Positions 61,145 through 64,000 of a stretch of DNA of 64,000 nucleotides are shown here, piece after piece. Below the pieces are notes generated by a model. It saw only the letters and a program-made list of their open reading frames with translations, made no database searches and was not told the origin of the DNA. Within the stretch, counting starts at the first letter, position 1; every line of letters starts with the position of its first letter. The DNA comes from an uncultured delta proteobacterium (lineage in GTDB: Bacteria > Myxococcota_A > Polyangia > Polyangiales > Polyangiaceae), in contig CAWKKR010000004.1 of the NCBI GenBank assembly GCA_963850305.1, forward strand, positions 288,001-352,000, in the 5' to 3' direction. Both the position numbers and the translations under genes were made by a program.

Positions 61145-63016
61145 TCACTCTTCGATCTGCGTGACGTCGCGGACGGCGCCTCGGGCGGCGCTGGTCGTCA
61201 TGGCCGCGTAGGCGCGGAGCGCGACGGACACGCTGCGGTCCCGGTTCGGCTTCCACGCGTTCGCGCCCTTCGCGACCATGGCGGCGCGCCTCCGTTCGAG
61301 CTCCGCGTCCTCGACGACGACGTCGAGCGAGCGAGCGGCGATGTCGATGCGAATCCGGTCGCCTTCCTGGACGAGACCGATCGCTCCCCCCTCCCCGGCC
61401 TCCGGAGAAACGTGGCCGATGCTGAGCCCGCTGGTGCCGCCGCTGAAGCGGCCATCCGTGATCAGCGCGCACGCCTTGCCGAGCCCCTTCCCCTTGAGGA
61501 ATGACGTCGGATAAAGCATCTCCTGCATCCCGGGTCCGCCCTTCGGGCCCTCGTAAACGATGACGAGGACGTCACCCGGCCGGATCGCGTCGGCGAGGAT
61601 CGCGCCGCACGCCGCTTCCTGAGAGTGAAAGACGCGCGCCGGGCCTTCGAACTCGAGGATGTGCGCGTCGACGCCCGCCGTTTTCAGGATGCACCCATCC
61701 TTCGCGACGTTGCCGTAGAGCACCGCGAGACCCCCGTCCTTGCTGTAGGCGTGCTCGACGTCGCGGATGCACCCCTTTTCGCGATCGCGATCCGCCTCGG
61801 CGAAGTATTTGTCTTGCGAGAAGGCGACCTTGGTTGGCACGCCGCCGGGCGCGGCGAGCGCGCGCCGTCCCGCCTTCGACGTGACCTCGACGCGTCGGAT
61901 GTCGTTCGCGTCGATGGCCTCGCCCATGGTCGCCGCGTGCACCGTGCCGACGCCGCGATGAACGAGCCCCGCCCGGTCGAGCTCGCCCAGGATGGAAAAG
62001 ATACCGCCGGCGTGGTGCACGTCTTCCACGTGATAGTGGGACGACGGCGCGACTTTGCAGATGTTCGGCACGCGACGCGAAAGCCGATCGATGTGCTCCA
62101 TACGAAAATCCACGCCGGCCTCGTGCGCGATGGCGAGAATGTGCAGCACCGTGTTCGTGGAGCCGCCCATGGCGATGTCGAGCGCCATGGCATTCTCGAA
62201 CGCCTCGAACGTCGCGATCTTGCGCGGCAGGACGCTCATGTCACCCTCGACGTAACGGCGCTTCGCGAGGTCCACAATTCGCTTTCCGGCGTCCGCAAAG
62301 AGCTCCCACCGCATGGCATGCGTCGCCAGGAGCGTCCCGTTGCCGGGAAGCGCGAGGCCGAGCGCCTCGTTCAAACAGTTCATGCTGTTCGCGGTGAACA
62401 TGCCGGAGCACGAACCGCACGTGGGACATGCGGAGCGCTCCAGGTTCGCCAGATCGGCGTCCGTGACGGCGTCGTCGCTCGACGCGATCATCGCGTCGAT
62501 CAGATCGAGCTTGCGGATGAGCGGCTTGCCGTCGCGGTCGTGGGTCCCGACGATCTTGCCGGCCTCCATCGGCCCGCCCGAGACGAAGATGGTCGGGATG
62601 TCGAGCCGCATGGCGGCCATCAGCATCCCGGGCGTGATCTTGTCGCAGTTCGAGATGCACACGAGCGCATCCGCGCAGTGACCGTTCACCATGTACTCGA
62701 CGCTGTCGGCGATGAGATCCCGGCTCGGCAGCGAATAGAGCATGCCGCCATGGCCCATCGCGATGCCGTCGTCGATCGCGATCGTATTGAACTCGACGCC
62801 CCAGCCTCCGGCCTGGTCGATGACCCCCTTCACCCGTTGCCCAATGTCGTGCAGGTGAACGTGTCCGGGCACGAACTGCGTGAAGCTGTTCGCGATCGCG
62901 ACGATCGGCTTCTCGAAATCCGCGTCGGTCATCCCCGTCGCGCGCCACAGCGCTCGCGCACCGGCCATGTTTCGTCCCGCGGTCGAGGTTCGGCTCCGAT
63001 ATCCAGGTCCAGCCAT
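61145..63016 (-). CDS. ilvD: Dihydroxy-acid dehydratase
   Basis: [55 protein letters not shown]. Confidence 0.97.
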   Translation of the reverse strand: MAGPGYRSRTSTAGRNMAGARALWRATGMTDADFEKPIVAIANSFTQFVPGHVHLHDIGQRVKGVIDQAGGWGVEFNTIAIDDGIAMGHGGMLYSLPSRDLIADSVEYMVNGHCADALVCISNCDKITPGMLMAAMRLDIPTIFVSGGPMEAGKIVGTHDRDGKPLIRKLDLIDAMIASSDDAVTDADLANLERSACPTCGSCSGMFTANSMNCLNEALGLALPGNGTLLATHAMRWELFADAGKRIVDLAKRRYVEGDMSVLPRKIATFEAFENAMALDIAMGGSTNTVLHILAIAHEAGVDFRMEHIDRLSRRVPNICKVAPSSHYHVEDVHHAGGIFSILGELDRAGLVHRGVGTVHAATMGEAIDANDIRRVEVTSKAGRRALAAPGGVPTKVAFSQDKYFAEADRDREKGCIRDVEHAYSKDGGLAVLYGNVAKDGCILKTAGVDAHILEFEGPARVFHSQEAACGAILADAIRPGDVLVIVYEGPKGGPGMQEMLYPTSFLKGKGLGKACALITDGRFSGGTSGLSIGHVSPEAGEGGAIGLVQEGDRIRIDIAARSLDVVVEDAELERRRAAMVAKGANAWKPNRDRSVSVALRAYAAMTTSAARGAVRDVTQIEE

Positions 63017-63090
63017 GCCGTGAACCTAGCTCGAATCCCGCGGATCGCCCAAGCCGCCGCCACCCATTCACGGCCCGCTCGTCACGGCCC

Positions 63091-63360
63091 GCTCGCGAAG
63101 CGAGCCCGCCGAAGGCGGCGGGGGAGCGGTCGCGTAGCGAGCCGCGGGGGTCAAGACCCCCTTGCGAGCGCGAGCCCGCCGAAGGCGGCGGGGGAGCGGT
63201 CGCGTAGCGAGCCGCGGGGGTCAAGACCCCCTTGCGAGCACGAGCCCGCCGAAGGCGGCGGGGGAGCGGTCGCGTAGCGAGCCGCGGGGGTCAAGACCCC
63301 CTTGCGAGCGCGAGCCCGCCGAAGGCGGCGGGGGAGCGGTCGCGTAGCGAGCCGCGGGGG
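63091..63360. repeat. 70-bp tandem array (3.7 copies) of hairpin modules
   Basis: Units at 63101, 63171, 63241, 63311 with one internal mismatch (63240); lead-in hairpin gctcgc-gaa-gcgagc. Confidence 0.95.
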
Positions 63361-63414
63361 GTAAGGCTGGCAAGGCCCACCGAGACGTCGCGGCGACCCT
63401 TGCTCGCGATTCCC

Positions 63415-64000
63415 CTAGCCGAGCTCCGCGACGAAGCGACCGATCTCGGCGAGAATCTCGGCGTTCAGCGCGTCCCGGGTCGTTCCTTTTTCGCGGAGGC
63501 GGGTGGCCGTCACTTCGAGCGAGTGGTCACCCCCTTCCACGATGAAGAGCCGGTTTGGCGCGGTCATCCTGGGGAGAACGGCTCCGAGCAGTTCCAGTGG
63601 GCAAAGCGGGTCCCGGGTGCCCTGGATGAACAGCACCGGCGTCCGGAGCGCGACGAGCACTTTGTCCCGGACGGCACCGCGCGGCCCCGCCGCCTTGAGC
63701 GGATATCCGAAGCAGATGAGCCCACTCACCGTCGCCTCCAGCGACGCGTGGCACCCGACGCGACCGCCCATGCTCTTGCCCGCAAGCACGACGGGACCGT
63801 CATGTCCCTTGGCCGCGCCCTCGAGCGCCTCGAGGTGCGCGCGGACGAGTTTCGGCAGCGGATCCGGCGAGCGCCGGTTCTCGTGCATGTACGGGTAATC
63901 GAACGGCGCCACTCGACCGAGCGTTTGGAGTCGTTCCTTCCAGGCCGTCATCCACGCCGACGTGGAGGGCGCACCCGCACCCGGCGCGAACAGGAATAGC
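63415..64000 (-). CDS. Alpha/beta hydrolase (start lies beyond window end)
   Basis: LFAPGAGA, GKSMGGR nucleophile elbow, QGTRD, GGDH. Confidence 0.88.
   Translation of the reverse strand, partial: LFLFAPGAGAPSTSAWMTAWKERLQTLGRVAPFDYPYMHENRRSPDPLPKLVRAHLEALEGAAKGHDGPVVLAGKSMGGRVGCHASLEATVSGLICFGYPLKAAGPRGAVRDKVLVALRTPVLFIQGTRDPLCPLELLGAVLPRMTAPNRLFIVEGGDHSLEVTATRLREKGTTRDALNAEILAEIGRFVAELG

Noticed and set aside
63101..63360. CRISPR array or ilvD attenuator leader peptide
   Set aside because: No variable spacers, and no Ile/Leu/Val-rich short ORF seen upstream of ilvD.

Overview
High-GC, gene-dense chromosomal segment. The Ser/Thr kinase-TPR/PEGA pair, Cys- and Gly-rich lipoproteins, giant TPR protein and elb-type lipid cluster point to a myxobacterium (Myxococcota, probably Polyangiaceae-like); this assignment is inference. 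Main contents: a Phe/Tyr catabolic operon (phhA-fahA-maiA-hppD-hmgA), a ~3,500-aa AgmK-like TPR gene, a lipid/acyl-CoA cluster, truD, gor, an sppA-mutH pair, a ferredoxin, a Grx4-HesB-rhodanese fusion, an ether-lipid elbBCDE-like operon whose ElbD has an extra SCP2-like tail, a deoxyhypusine-synthase-like gene and ilvD. I found no rRNA, tRNA, CRISPR array or transposase. The most notable signal: six genes carry seven reading-frame lesions (six +1 frameshifts and one in-frame TGA). Five are repaired exactly by restoring a GATC (GATTC/GAATC->GATC, GATT->GATC) and a sixth sits on GATATC. This suggests GATC methylation causing base-calling errors, in a window that also encodes an intact MutH, the GATC-hemimethylation-sensing nickase classically confined to Dam-containing Gammaproteobacteria. 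Three families of small non-coding structured elements also occur: a CTAG-flanked MITE-like element, a stop-codon-anchored element amplified as a 121-bp tandem array, and a 70-bp tandem array of GNA-triloop hairpins. All family assignments are by eye from motifs; no searches were run.
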